In this document: positions 45,309 through 55,805 of the stretch, piece after piece | Position numbering within the stretch: the stretch's first letter is position 1 | How the letters are laid out: the number at the start of each line of letters is the position of its first letter | Assembly (NCBI GenBank): GCA_963704125.1 | Contig: CAVPHA010000025.1 | Span: 21,481 to 85,480, forward strand | Length of the DNA stretch: 64,000 bases | Reading direction: 5' to 3' | Source of the DNA: an uncultured Acidobacteriota bacterium | GTDB taxonomy: Bacteria; Acidobacteriota; Thermoanaerobaculia; Thermoanaerobaculales; Sulfomarinibacteraceae | Position numbers and translations under genes: made by a program | The notes under the pieces: generated by a model | What the model was told of the DNA's origin: nothing | Seen by the model: the letters and a program-made list of their open reading frames with translations, nothing else | The model's database searches: none

Positions 45309-47447
45309 CTACGGCGCGACCCGGCCTGACGGCTGGCGCGGAGCCGCGGCCCGCTGAACGGCCCCGACGGCAACCAGCGCGAAGTCCTGCGCCGGCGCCG
45401 GGATGGCGTGGGGGTTGACCTCGATGGTCCAGACGCCCTTCTCGGCCCTGGGGAGAACCACCACTTCGACATTGTTCAGCCGGTCGGGATCACCGCCCGG
45501 AACCGAGACCCCGCCAAAGAAGCTGTTGCCCGGGAACGACCCACCGGGGCCGTCGACTCTGAGATCGAGATCGTTGACCAGGTTGATGGTGGCGAGCGAC
45601 GACGACGGCGCATCGGTCCAGACCAGCACGACCTTCAGGGGGCTGGGTTCGAAGACCTCGAACTCGATCGTCACCGGTTCGTCGGCGGGCGAGGCAAAGC
45701 CGTCGCGGTGATCGTCCACCACGAGACGATGGCCGTCACCAGGGAAAGCGAGGGCCGTATCGAGCTGGATCAGACCCCAGCCCTGATCGCGGGACGGGAT
45801 GGGCTCGCCCGGGCAGCCAATGGTGCTCAGATCCACCGCCGATGCGATGAGCACCGCCTTGACCAGGGCGGCCGTCGGTTCGAAGGCGTCGCTCGGCCGG
45901 GCGGAACCGCCAGGATAGAACCCATCGCTGAAGTACTGGCGCACAAGAGCGCCGAGCCCGGCCGCGGTGGGCGCCGCCATGGAAGTGCCCGACTTCGTGG
46001 CGTTGTCGCACGAAGGGTCCGGCACGACGTAATTCGTCGCCGCCGAAACCACCCAGGTCCCGGGCGCCAGGACATCGGGTTTGATCCGCCCGTCCCGGGT
46101 CCATCCCCGGGACGAGAACTCCACCGCGCAGGGCCCCGGGAAGTCGCCATGCAAGGTCGCCCCGACCGCGACCACGTTCTTTCCCGTCGCCGGCGAGATG
46201 ACCGTGTCCCAGGCCGGGCCGGAGTTCCCGGCCGCGAAGAACACCAGGGTGTCCTTGGAGTTCCACATGAATCGATCGATATCGGCGGTGCGCTCGGTGT
46301 AACGCCCGAAGGGCAGGAAGTTCTCCTCATCGCCCCACGAGTTTGTGTGGATTCTCGCGCCTTGAGCCCGAGCCTGTTCGAGGACCGGCTCGAGGGGTTT
46401 GACCGGGCACCCGAGCCCCGGCAGATCGGCGCAGTCATCGGTCCATGCGCCTCCGTCCTGGATCACGAGCTTCGCCGCCGGCGCCATTCCATCGACGCCG
46501 TCGTAGGCGCCGTTGCCGTTCACATCACCGGCCGCGCTGCCGGCGACGTGGGTGCCGTGACCCTGGTCATCCCAGCTGCCGGGCTGCGGCGGCCAGTCCG
46601 CGTCCCAGTGGAAGTCCACCGCCAAGACCTTGCGGTGATCGAGATCGACCGTGGTCCCGACCGCCGCGTTGAGAGCGGGCAGACCCGCCACCGGGTCATC
46701 GAAGCGACACTCATCGATGTCGATTCCGGTGTCCATGATGCCGATCACCTGGCCCTCGCCGCGGAGACCGCGGTCGAAGACCGAAGTTCGGCCGGGTAGA
46801 CCGGATTGGCAGCGCCAGACCGAGTCCGAGTTCAACAGTCGAACCGGCGCCTGCGGCTCGGCCCAGACGAGATCGGGCGTGCGATCGAGGAGTTCCACGA
46901 CCTCGCGCATCCGCGACCGAAGAACCGAGAAACCGAACTGCGGCGCCGGACGGGCCGATTCGTCCAGCCAGCTCAGGTCCGCACCGATGCCCGCGAATCG
47001 TTCGGCCGTGGCCGAAACATCGCTCCCCGGCGCCAGGGCGGCGACCACGAACACCACGCCATCACTCGTGTCCTTTGTCGGCGCGCCGAGGGACCGGAGT
47101 TCCGCCCGGACGCCTTCGGCGGAACGCCACCCTCGGCTCGAGATCACACCGGGGGCGGCTGCGACGACGGCCGGATTGCCGGCGACCAGCCACCGGTGAG
47201 GAGCGAGGTGGGCGATCACCGTCGCCCCGGCCTCAACGAGCGCGCCACGAGTCACCGCGGCAGACTCGGGTCGACAGCTGATGACCGTGAGCGATGCTGA
47301 GACGTAACCCGTCGGCCGCGGTCGCGACGGCTGTTCCGCCTCGCCTGGATTGGGTGCCGCCATCAGCACGAGCGCCGCCACAGTCAAGAAGAGGAATCTC
47401 GCTGGTCTCGGTCTCGGGTCGGGTCGACGATTATCCACGAGGACCAT
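45309..47447 (-). CDS. S8 subtilisin-like serine protease (KP-43 type)
   Basis: Catalytic triad IMDTG, GHGTHVAG, SGTSMAAP; HTNSWG, IKPDVLAPG, LVNDLDL, NNVEVV. Confidence 0.92.
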   Translation of the reverse strand: MVLVDNRRPDPRPRPARFLFLTVAALVLMAAPNPGEAEQPSRPRPTGYVSASLTVISCRPESAAVTRGALVEAGATVIAHLAPHRWLVAGNPAVVAAAPGVISSRGWRSAEGVRAELRSLGAPTKDTSDGVVFVVAALAPGSDVSATAERFAGIGADLSWLDESARPAPQFGFSVLRSRMREVVELLDRTPDLVWAEPQAPVRLLNSDSVWRCQSGLPGRTSVFDRGLRGEGQVIGIMDTGIDIDECRFDDPVAGLPALNAAVGTTVDLDHRKVLAVDFHWDADWPPQPGSWDDQGHGTHVAGSAAGDVNGNGAYDGVDGMAPAAKLVIQDGGAWTDDCADLPGLGCPVKPLEPVLEQARAQGARIHTNSWGDEENFLPFGRYTERTADIDRFMWNSKDTLVFFAAGNSGPAWDTVISPATGKNVVAVGATLHGDFPGPCAVEFSSRGWTRDGRIKPDVLAPGTWVVSAATNYVVPDPSCDNATKSGTSMAAPTAAGLGALVRQYFSDGFYPGGSARPSDAFEPTAALVKAVLIASAVDLSTIGCPGEPIPSRDQGWGLIQLDTALAFPGDGHRLVVDDHRDGFASPADEPVTIEFEVFEPSPLKVVLVWTDAPSSSLATINLVNDLDLRVDGPGGSFPGNSFFGGVSVPGGDPDRLNNVEVVVLPRAEKGVWTIEVNPHAIPAPAQDFALVAVGAVQRAAAPRQPSGRVAP

Positions 47448-47585
47448 GGTACGGCATCGGCGGGTGGAACCGGCCCTGTGTCAAAACCGTGTGAAAACGA
47501 GGCTGAGGCCGGGTGCGCCGCCGGCAGGTCGTATAATGGCAACGACTCTCGGGGAAGCGATCGGAAGGAACGGGTAAACCGGCAG

Positions 47586-49025
47586 ATGGCCAATCCAGAT
47601 CATGTCGCACAACTTCGCACCGGCCGGTGGAACGAGTGGCGGACGGCCAACCCGAGCCTGGCCCCGGACCTCATCGACGTCGATCTCTCGGGCATGGATC
47701 TGCGCGGCGTAGATTTCAGCAAGGCCCACCTCCGCGGCGCCAACCTATCAGGGTCGAACCTCGACCAGGCCGATTTCACCCGCGCGATCATCGAGGCCGC
47801 CAATGTCCGCGGCGCCAGCATGGTCGGGGCCCGGCTCGACCACGTCCGTTTCGAGTTTCTCGACATGACCGAAATCGACCTCAGCAACGCCTCGCTCCGA
47901 GAGGCGACCTTTCGCGGCACCAACCTCACCAAAGCGGTGCTGCGTCGCGCCGATCTCACGCGCGCCAACCTCGAAAGCGCCATCCTCGACAACGCGGACC
48001 TCTCCGGCGCCATCCTCGTCTCCGCCTCGCTTCGCGGCGCCCGCTTCGAGCGCTCGATCCTCCGCGGCATCGATGCCGAGACGGCGGTCATGGAGGGGGT
48101 CGAGTTCTCCGACCTGAGCATGGAGGGCGCCAACTTCCGCAAAGTGCAGGGCGACAACGCCCAGTTCAAGAACTCGCGTCTGGCCCGAGTCGATTTTCGC
48201 GGCGCTGCGCTGCGCAACACCAACTTTCACAGCTGCAGCCTCACCGAAGCTCTGTTCAACGATGCGCAGTGCGAGGGCGCGACTCTCGCGTACGCCGATC
48301 TCGAGAAGACCTCCTTCGTCAAGACCAACCTTTCCGGCGCCGACCTGCGGGGTTCGAGCCTGATCGGGGCGGTCTTCGATGGCTGCGATCTCCACAGCGC
48401 CAATCTCGCCGAGCTCGATTTCCGGTCGCCGAGCCTGGGCCGGGTTTCCTTCGCATCGGCCAATCTCAAGAAGGCGATCTTCACCCGCTGCGAACTCCGC
48501 ACCGTCAACTTTCGTGACGCCAACCTCGAGCAGGCGGATTTTCGCCACGCCCACCTCGAAGGAGCCAACTTCCGCGGCGCCAAGCTCATCGACGCCACGT
48601 TCCGTCATGCGGATCTCAAACAGGCGGATCTCAGCGACTGCAGCGGCGGCGGCGCCGATCTGTCCGGCACCAGCCTGATTCTGGTTTCGGCGCCGCGGGC
48701 CAAGCTGACCGGCGCCGATCTGCGCTTTGCCGACGCGGTCGGCATCGACCTCGACAAGGCCGACCTGCGCTGGTCCGATCTTCGCAACGCGGACTTCACC
48801 AAGGCGAGCATCGCCACTGCGCGCCTGTGGGGCTGCAAGGTCAAGAGCACCAAGCTTCCGCCCAATATGGGTCACTGGACTGTGCTGCTCAAGATCAGCC
48901 AGGGCTTCCAGATGGTCAGCCGCCGGGCCGACAAGATGAAGGAGGCGCGGGAACGACGACGCATCCGCCAGGTCGCGGAACTCGTACGCGAGCGGGAGAA
49001 GGCTCGCAAGCGACGCGCGAGGTGA
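47586..49025 (+). CDS. Long pentapeptide-repeat protein
   Basis: About 400 residues of A(D/N)(L/F)xx repeats after the WNEWR cap; basic helical C-terminus. Confidence 0.92.
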   Translation: MANPDHVAQLRTGRWNEWRTANPSLAPDLIDVDLSGMDLRGVDFSKAHLRGANLSGSNLDQADFTRAIIEAANVRGASMVGARLDHVRFEFLDMTEIDLSNASLREATFRGTNLTKAVLRRADLTRANLESAILDNADLSGAILVSASLRGARFERSILRGIDAETAVMEGVEFSDLSMEGANFRKVQGDNAQFKNSRLARVDFRGAALRNTNFHSCSLTEALFNDAQCEGATLAYADLEKTSFVKTNLSGADLRGSSLIGAVFDGCDLHSANLAELDFRSPSLGRVSFASANLKKAIFTRCELRTVNFRDANLEQADFRHAHLEGANFRGAKLIDATFRHADLKQADLSDCSGGGADLSGTSLILVSAPRAKLTGADLRFADAVGIDLDKADLRWSDLRNADFTKASIATARLWGCKVKSTKLPPNMGHWTVLLKISQGFQMVSRRADKMKEARERRRIRQVAELVREREKARKRRAR

Positions 49026-50662
49026 GACGGGGCCGCCTTCCGACCCAGTCTGCTCAGGATCACTCCCAGACCCGTTCGCGCCGTCGCCGCTTGCCTTGTT
49101 TTCGCCTCGACGGCGACCGCCCCCGTCCGTGTCCGTGCAGCCGAAGACACCGATCTCGACGGCCGGACCATCGTACGAATCGTCTTCGAGCGCTATGACA
49201 TCTTCGACACCTCCGACCCCAAGACATCGACATGGCCCTACCGCGCCGCCAACGCGGTCCACATCCGATCGCGAGAAGCGGTTCATCCGATCAATGCTGC
49301 TCTTCGGCGAGGGCGATGCCTACAGCACCGCCGATGCCGCCGAGAGCGCCCGGCTGCTGCGCTCGCTCGGCATCATGAACCCCGTAGAGATCACCGCCCG
49401 CGAGATCGAAGGCGGCGTTGAGGTCACCGTGGAGACCCACGACCAGTGGAGCTTCCAGATCGGCGCCGACGCCGGCCTGTCGGGCAATCGCGGCACCTGG
49501 GGCGTCCAGATCCAGGAGGAGAACCTCGCCGGTTTGGGAAAGGAACTCAGCCTCGGGTTCGACTCGAATGTCGAGCGCGACAGTTGGAGCTACGGCTACA
49601 TCGATCCGAACATCTTCGGCACCCGCTGGACCACCGAGTTGGTCTACCAGAATCGCACCGACGGGAATCTCAAGCGAATCCGGGTCCAGCGCCCGTTCTT
49701 TTCCCTCGACACGCAAACGAGGCTGGGGCGCGTGGTGGGAGGACGGAGGCGCTCACCGAACATCTCTATTCCGCCAACGAGTCGGTGGTCGAGGGGCGGC
49801 GAAACATCCGAGAGTCTTCGCGCCTGGTACGGGATCCTCCTCGGCAATCCCGGACGCATCACCCGGCGGCTCTCCCTCGGGTGGGACGCCCGACAGACGA
49901 CCTATGACGACTGGCAGTGGATCGAGACTGGAGAGCCCTATCCCACCCCGCAAGCGCTCGATGTCTCGGGCGTTCGCGTCGGCTACGAGCAGATCGCGAA
50001 CAACTACGAGGTCGCTTTACGGGTTCCGGGCCTGGTCCACCCAGGAGGACATCGGTCTCGGCCCCAACTTTTCAGCCGGAATCACGCTCTCGGCGCCCGC
50101 CCTCGGCGGCGACATGAACCAGGTCCTCTACGACGGTCTCTTCTCCATCGCCCGGCATCGCGGTTCGTGGCTCATGATGGGCGATGCCTGGCTCACCGGC
50201 CGTTTCGATGGCGATCAACCGGAAAACGTCGTCTTCGGAATCCAGCTCGCCGCCTCCCAGATCGGTCAACGGGGCTTTCAGTTCCGCGTCCTTTTCGAGG
50301 CCTCGCATGAACTCGAGCTCAACCGCCAGCTCACCCTCGGCGCAGATATCGGCCTGCGCGGCTGGGACCCGGACTACTTCGACGGCACCGGCCGCGCTCT
50401 GGTCAATGCTCAGTGGCGAACCATCGTGTTTCGCGATGTCCTCAACCTCTTTTCCGTCGGGGTCGTCGTCTTCGCCGATGCCGGCGAGACCTGGGATCCT
50501 CGGGTCGGGCCCGACACCGGTGGCGTCCGTGTCGATGCCGGCGCCGGGTTGCTCTTCGATCTGTCGCGCTATGCCTTGAGCAACGTGCTCAGAGTCGAGG
50601 TCGCCTGGCCCGATGATCGGTCGGGACCGGTGCTGACGCTCACCGGGTCGGCGCTTTTTTAG
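49022..50662 (+). CDS. Omp85/BamA-TamA-like outer-membrane protein with POTRA-like domain; several frameshifts
   Basis: IRSMLLFGEGD...ESARLLRSL, ETHDQWS, EENLAGLG, LRGW, VFADAG, LRVEVAWP; C-terminal Phe. Confidence 0.75.
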
Positions 50663-50780
50663 CCGACCATTCGCTCCGGCTACGCGATGAAAAGGCAGGC
50701 GGGCACCCGTTCCTCGTTCTGTGGTGGACACAACCCCTCGGTCAGGCTAGGGTGCAGGACTGCATGGACTGGAGACATCG

Positions 50781-52625
50781 ATGAACGACAGCAGCGGCCT
50801 CAAGCCGACGACCCGCGACCGCGCCGCGATTCCGGATCGCTTCAAGTGGAACCTCGACGAGATCTTCGCCGACTGGGATACCTGGGAAGCGGGCCTCGGC
50901 GAGCTCGAGGGACTCATGGAACGCTACAAGGGCTTCGAAGGCACCCTGGCCGAGGGACCCGAGCGCATTCTGGCCGCCTCTCTCCTTTCCGACGAACTCG
51001 GCCAGCTTCTCTACAAGGTCTACCAATACCCGGGCCTGATGCGATCCGAGGACACCCGAAACAACGATGTCCAGGCTCGCCTCGAACGGGTCAAGATCGT
51101 CCTCGCCCGGTTCCGGCAGGCAACCGCCTGGTACCAGCCCGAGCTGTTGCGGATCCCAGAGGTCACGATGCAGGAGTGGCTCGACGCCACCCCCGCCCTT
51201 GCCCCCTACCGCTTCGGCATTGAAGAGTGCTACCGGCAACAGCGGCACGTTCTCGACGAGAAAGGCGAGCGCCTGCTCGCCTACTCTTCGAGCTTCAACT
51301 CGACGCCGGCCACGACCTACAGCATGATGGCCGACGCCGACGTCGACTTTCCCACCGTGACCCTCTCCACCGGCGAGGAGGTCGTCGCCAGCCATGCAAA
51401 CTTCATGCAGGGCCTCTTTTCCCGACGCAACCAAGATGACCGTGAGACGCTCTTCAGGGGCCACTTCTCGGTCTACGACGCATTTCCCAACTCGTACGCC
51501 TCGATCTACAACGGCGTTCTCCAGCGCGACTGGTACCTCACCCAGGCGCGCCAATACAGCTCCTGCCTCGAGGCCGATCTCGACGAAGACAACATCCCCA
51601 CTTCGGTTGTGGAAGGACTCATCACCACCGCCAAGAACGGCGCCGGTCCGCTGCAGCGCTATCACCGCCTCCGCCGCCGCGCACTCGGCCTCGATCGGTA
51701 TCGCTACTTCGACGCGTACCTGCCGCTGGTCGATGTCGAGTGGACCCTTGCCTACGATCAGGTGCAACCGTTGATCGTGGAATCGGTGGCGGTTTATGGC
51801 GCCGACTATCAGGCGATGGTCGATCGCGCCTTCAATGATCGTTGGATCGACGTCTACGAGAGTGAGGGCAAACGATCCGGCGCCTTCTCGGCCGGGGTCT
51901 ACGGCGTCCACCCCTACATGCTGCTCAACTACGCCGACACCATGAACGACGCCTTCACGGTGGCGCACGAGATGGGTCACACCATGCACACCGTGCTGTC
52001 AAACGAGGTCCAGCCCTTCGCGACCTCGTCGTATTCGATCTTTGTCGCCGAGGTCGCCTCCATGACCAATGAGGATTTCTTCCTCGACCTCCTGCTCGAG
52101 CGGGAGACCGACCCGCTGCGACGGATCGCGCTGCTCCAGCACGCCATCGACGACATCGCCGCGGGTTTCTATCGCCAGGCCATGTTCGCCGATTTCGAGC
52201 TCCAGGCCCACCGCGAGGTCGAGGCCGGCAAACCCATCACGGCGGAGGTTTTGCAACGCCTCTATCTCGGCATTCTCGCCGAGTTCTTCGGCACGACCCT
52301 CGACGACCAGGAGTGGTATCGCAACACCTGGGCGCGGATCCCGCACTTCTTCGGCTCACCCTTCTACGTCTTCCAGTACGCCACCTCGAAGGCGGCGGCC
52401 AGCCTGGTCCAGAAGCGGATGACCGAGGGCGACGAGGCGGACCGCCGGGCGGCGGTCGCAAACTATCTCGAACTCCTCCGATCCGGCGGTTCGGACCACC
52501 CCATCGCCCTGATGCAGAAGGCGGGAGTCGATTTCGACACCTCCGAACCGGTGGACGCGCTCGTCGCCACCATGGAGCGACTCGTCGGCGAACTCGAGCG
52601 GGAGCTCGACACTCTCAATTCTTAA
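50781..52625 (+). CDS. pepF: Oligoendopeptidase F (M3B)
   Basis: WIDVYESEGKRSGAFS, HPYMLLNY, AHEMGH (HExxH), FVAEVAS, WARIPHF, FYVFQYA. Confidence 0.95.
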   Translation: MNDSSGLKPTTRDRAAIPDRFKWNLDEIFADWDTWEAGLGELEGLMERYKGFEGTLAEGPERILAASLLSDELGQLLYKVYQYPGLMRSEDTRNNDVQARLERVKIVLARFRQATAWYQPELLRIPEVTMQEWLDATPALAPYRFGIEECYRQQRHVLDEKGERLLAYSSSFNSTPATTYSMMADADVDFPTVTLSTGEEVVASHANFMQGLFSRRNQDDRETLFRGHFSVYDAFPNSYASIYNGVLQRDWYLTQARQYSSCLEADLDEDNIPTSVVEGLITTAKNGAGPLQRYHRLRRRALGLDRYRYFDAYLPLVDVEWTLAYDQVQPLIVESVAVYGADYQAMVDRAFNDRWIDVYESEGKRSGAFSAGVYGVHPYMLLNYADTMNDAFTVAHEMGHTMHTVLSNEVQPFATSSYSIFVAEVASMTNEDFFLDLLLERETDPLRRIALLQHAIDDIAAGFYRQAMFADFELQAHREVEAGKPITAEVLQRLYLGILAEFFGTTLDDQEWYRNTWARIPHFFGSPFYVFQYATSKAAASLVQKRMTEGDEADRRAAVANYLELLRSGGSDHPIALMQKAGVDFDTSEPVDALVATMERLVGELERELDTLNS

Positions 52626-52716
52626 TTCTTAATTCTCAATTCTTAATTACCATCGCACAGCCTCCAGAAACGGCTGCGATGCAATTCAAAATTAAAAATT
52701 GAAAATTTAGAATTTT
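52613..52716. repeat. Heptamer-armed palindromic element (copy A)
   Basis: Five TCT(C/T)AAT units, core CATCGCACAGCCTCCAGAAACGGCTGCGATG, then AATTNAA-type units. Confidence 0.85.
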
Positions 52717-52728
52717 GCGACGTCGAAT

Positions 52729-53913
52729 CTACGTTTCGCTCTCCTGAGCAGGTTGGTGCTTCCGGCTGCCCTCATAGAGCTCGTACTTGAGCAGGCGGCA
52801 CTCGATGGGGCCGTTGAAGAGCGGGATCCGGCGTTTGGCCTTGAGACCGATCTGGTTGGCGAGCTCGCGGTTGCCGACCAGCAGCCAGGCGGTGGCGCCG
52901 TGGGCGTGTTGCTTCAGCCGATCACCGAAGTTCTTGTAGAAATTGCCCAACCGGTCGACATCGCCGACTCGCTTGCCATAGGGCGGGTTGGCAACGATGA
53001 CGCCACCCTCGGACCACGGCAACTCGAGATCGAGGGCATCGCACCGTTCCACCTCGACCCAACGGTCCATCCACGCCGCCTTGAGGTTGCGTCGGGTCGC
53101 CTGGACCGCTCGTTCATCACGGTCGCGGGCGACAATGGGCGCCGGCGCGTCGCGGTGGTCGTGTTTTGCCGCTCGCGTGACCTCCTGGAAGAGTTGCTGG
53201 TCGTGCATGGCCCACCGCTGGAATGCGAACTCGCGCCGGAGGCCGGGAGGCGTCCTGGTGGCGATCATTGCCGCCTCGACGGCGAAGGTCCCGGTGCCGC
53301 AGAGCGGATCGAGCAGCGGTTGGGAACCGTCGTAACCCGCCAGCAGGAGGACCCCGGCAGCCAGGGTCTCGGCGAGCGGAGCGGGGCCGCCTCGCGGCCG
53401 ATACCCGCGGTGGGACAGCTGCTCGCCGGTGCTGTCGAGGCTGAGAGTCGTCACGCCGTCCGAGAGGTGAAGGTGGAGGCGCATGTCGGGCTCGGAGCGG
53501 TCCACCGACGGTCGCCACCCCTGGCGGCTGCGAATCGTGTCGACCACCGCATCCTTGAATACCTGGGCGGCGAAGTTGGTGTTTTGGAAGACGTGTGATC
53601 TCCCGGCCACATCGATGCCGATGGTCTGTCCCCGTTGGACGATCTTCTGCCAGGGCACCGTTGCCGCGAGATCGTAGAGATCGTCTTTTCCCTTGACCTG
53701 GCCCCGGGCCACCGGGATCACAACCCGAGCAGCCGTGCGAAGCCGGAGATTGGCCTCGTAGACCGCTCGCAGACCACCGGTGAAACCGACGAATCCCCGA
53801 CCCGCCGCGACGCCCTTGACGTCGAGCGCACGCAGCTCGTCGGCGAGCACCTCTTCGAGACCGCGGCTGCAGGTGGCCACGAGTGGCTGCGGAGGCGACT
53901 TCGCGTCGATCAT
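52729..53913 (-). CDS. THUMP-domain 23S rRNA m2G methyltransferase (RlmL-like)
   Basis: GLEEVLADEL, SLDSTGEQLSHRGYR, APLAETLAA, LDPLCGTGT, VANPPYG, LFNGPIEC. Confidence 0.9.
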   Translation of the reverse strand: MIDAKSPPQPLVATCSRGLEEVLADELRALDVKGVAAGRGFVGFTGGLRAVYEANLRLRTAARVVIPVARGQVKGKDDLYDLAATVPWQKIVQRGQTIGIDVAGRSHVFQNTNFAAQVFKDAVVDTIRSRQGWRPSVDRSEPDMRLHLHLSDGVTTLSLDSTGEQLSHRGYRPRGGPAPLAETLAAGVLLLAGYDGSQPLLDPLCGTGTFAVEAAMIATRTPPGLRREFAFQRWAMHDQQLFQEVTRAAKHDHRDAPAPIVARDRDERAVQATRRNLKAAWMDRWVEVERCDALDLELPWSEGGVIVANPPYGKRVGDVDRLGNFYKNFGDRLKQHAHGATAWLLVGNRELANQIGLKAKRRIPLFNGPIECRLLKYELYEGSRKHQPAQESET

Positions 53914-53958
53914 TCGTGCACGCTACACCGCTCGCCATCGGGGAGCAACCGCGAGACG

Positions 53959-54342
53959 CTAGTTTTTCTCGATGAACTCGATGGCATAGCCGTCGGGATC
54001 CTTGGCGAAGGCGATGACCGTGGTCCCGTGCTTCATCGGCCCTGGCTCCCGGGTCACCTCGCCGCCGTACTCGCGGACGCGGTCGCAGGCGCCAACGATG
54101 TCGTCGGTGCCGAGCGCGATGTGGCCGAAGCCGTTGCCGAGGTCATAGCTCGAGGTGTCCCAGTTGTGGGTCAGCTCGATGACCGCGGAGGACGCCTCGT
54201 CGCCATAGCCGAGAAATGCGAGAGTGAACTTGCCCTCGGGATAGTCGTGCCGGCGCATCAGCGTCATCCCCAGCGCTTCGGTGTAAAACGCAATCGACTT
54301 CTCGAGATCGCCGACCCTGATCATGGTATGCAGCACTCGCAT
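53959..54342 (-). CDS. gloA: Lactoylglutathione lyase (glyoxalase I)
   Basis: [42 protein letters not shown]. Confidence 0.95.
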   Translation of the reverse strand: MRVLHTMIRVGDLEKSIAFYTEALGMTLMRRHDYPEGKFTLAFLGYGDEASSAVIELTHNWDTSSYDLGNGFGHIALGTDDIVGACDRVREYGGEVTREPGPMKHGTTVIAFAKDPDGYAIEFIEKN

Positions 54343-54369
54343 GGCTCTCGTTCCTTTCAGGACTATGAC

Positions 54370-54471
54370 AATTTTTAATTCTTAATTTTTAATTCTTAAT
54401 TATTCATCGCAGCCGTTTCTGGAGGCCGCGCGATGGATAATTAAAAATTGAGAATTCAAAATTAAGAATTA
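54370..54471. repeat. Heptamer-armed palindromic element (copy B, inverted relative to A)
   Basis: Core CATCGCAGCCGTTTCTGGAGGCCGCGCGATG is the reverse complement of the copy A core with 2 mismatches; AATT(C/T)TT arms. Confidence 0.85.
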
Positions 54472-55674
54472 GTAGTCCGACGTCATGATAAAGACCGGTG
54501 CGCCCTCGAAGCGCTCGTACGTTGGCCGCAACCGCTCCTTGTTGTAGAACTTCTTGACATCGACGGTTTTCTTGCGGCTCGTGACCACCTCGATGGGAAC
54601 GTTGTCGTAGCGGCCGTTGCGGATGTTGACCAACCGGCCCGAGGTGCCCTGGAGGATGAGGTCCATGGCGAGATTGCCGAAGGCCATGGGCACGATCGAA
54701 TCCATGGCGTCGGGGTCTCCGCAGCGGACGAGATATCCGAGCCGCTGGTTGATCACGTCGACCCGGTGACCATTGTTGTAGTTGGGCGAGATCTCTTTGA
54801 GGGCCCGGGCCACGCGGTCGCCGACCCCACCGAGTTTCTTGTGGCCGAACATGTCGGTTTCCTGGTCTTCGAAGACCATTTCGTCGGCGCCGGTGAAGGT
54901 TGCACCTTCGGAGACGAGCACCACGCTGTATTTCGACGGGTTCTTGTCGCGGTCGAAGGTGAGCAACTCGCAGAGATTATCGATATCGAACGGGTGTTCC
55001 GGGATGACGCAGCGGTTGGCGGCGCCGGCCAGGGTCGGCAGCAGGGCGGTGAACCCCGCGTAGCGGCCGAAGACCTCGAGGACGAGGAAGCGCTCATGGC
55101 TTCCCGCCGAGGTTCGCAGAGCGTGGGTCATGGCGATGGTCCGCGTGACACAGGTGGAGAACCCGATGCAGTAGTCGGTGCCCGGGACATCGTTGTCCAT
55201 GGTCTTGGGAATGGCGATGACCGGCACCCCCTTACTGTGGAGGTGGACACCGTAGGACAGCGTGTCATCGCCGCCGATGGGGATGAGGATGTCGATGTCG
55301 AGGTGTTCGAGGTTGGCGAGCACCTCTTTTGTCAGATCGTTTGCCTCATCGGTGTAGGCCTCCCGAAGATGGACTGGAACCGAGGTCGGCGGGACGTGGC
55401 TCGGGCGGGTCCGCGACGTGTGGAGGAAGGTGCCGCCGGTGCGACCGACCTTGTTGACCACATTTTCGGTGAGATCCACGACCAGATCGGTCGAGGTCTC
55501 CTCGTCACGGTTGAGTTCGATGAGCCCGGCCCAACCGCGGCGGATTCCCAGCACCCGATACCCCTCACGCAGGGCGCGGACGGTGACCCCGCGGATCGCC
55601 GGGTTGAGACCGGGGACATCACCGCCTCCGGTCAGGATCCCAATGGTGCCCTTGTGCTTCTTCACGTTCGCCAT
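54469..55674 (-). CDS. 6-phosphofructokinase (PfkA/Pfp family)
   Basis: ILTGGGDVPGLN, GGTFLHTSR, IGGDDT, IPKTMDND, EVFGRYAG, RLGYLVRCG. GGDD plus PKTMDND suggests possible PPi use. Confidence 0.92.
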   Translation of the reverse strand: MANVKKHKGTIGILTGGGDVPGLNPAIRGVTVRALREGYRVLGIRRGWAGLIELNRDEETSTDLVVDLTENVVNKVGRTGGTFLHTSRTRPSHVPPTSVPVHLREAYTDEANDLTKEVLANLEHLDIDILIPIGGDDTLSYGVHLHSKGVPVIAIPKTMDNDVPGTDYCIGFSTCVTRTIAMTHALRTSAGSHERFLVLEVFGRYAGFTALLPTLAGAANRCVIPEHPFDIDNLCELLTFDRDKNPSKYSVVLVSEGATFTGADEMVFEDQETDMFGHKKLGGVGDRVARALKEISPNYNNGHRVDVINQRLGYLVRCGDPDAMDSIVPMAFGNLAMDLILQGTSGRLVNIRNGRYDNVPIEVVTSRKKTVDVKKFYNKERLRPTYERFEGAPVFIMTSDY

Positions 55675-55689
55675 GCAAACCCCACTTCC

Positions 55690-55800
55690 TAATTCTCAAT
55701 TCTCAATTCTTAATTCTTAATTTCATCGCAGCATAATCCGGGACGTCATGCGATAGAAAATTGAGAATTCAAAATTAAGAATTCAAAATAAAAATTCTCA
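55690..55800. repeat. Heptamer-armed palindromic element (copy C, divergent core)
   Basis: AATTCTC/AATTCTT arm, core CATCGCAGC...TGCGAT, then AATTGAG AATTCAA AATTAAG arm. Confidence 0.8.
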
Positions 55801-55805
55801 GCTTC

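Noticed and set aside
52613-55800. CRISPR array or replication origin at the AT-rich repeats
   Set aside because: No constant direct repeats with unique spacers, no cas genes, no DnaA boxes recognised; the elements are dispersed and palindromic.
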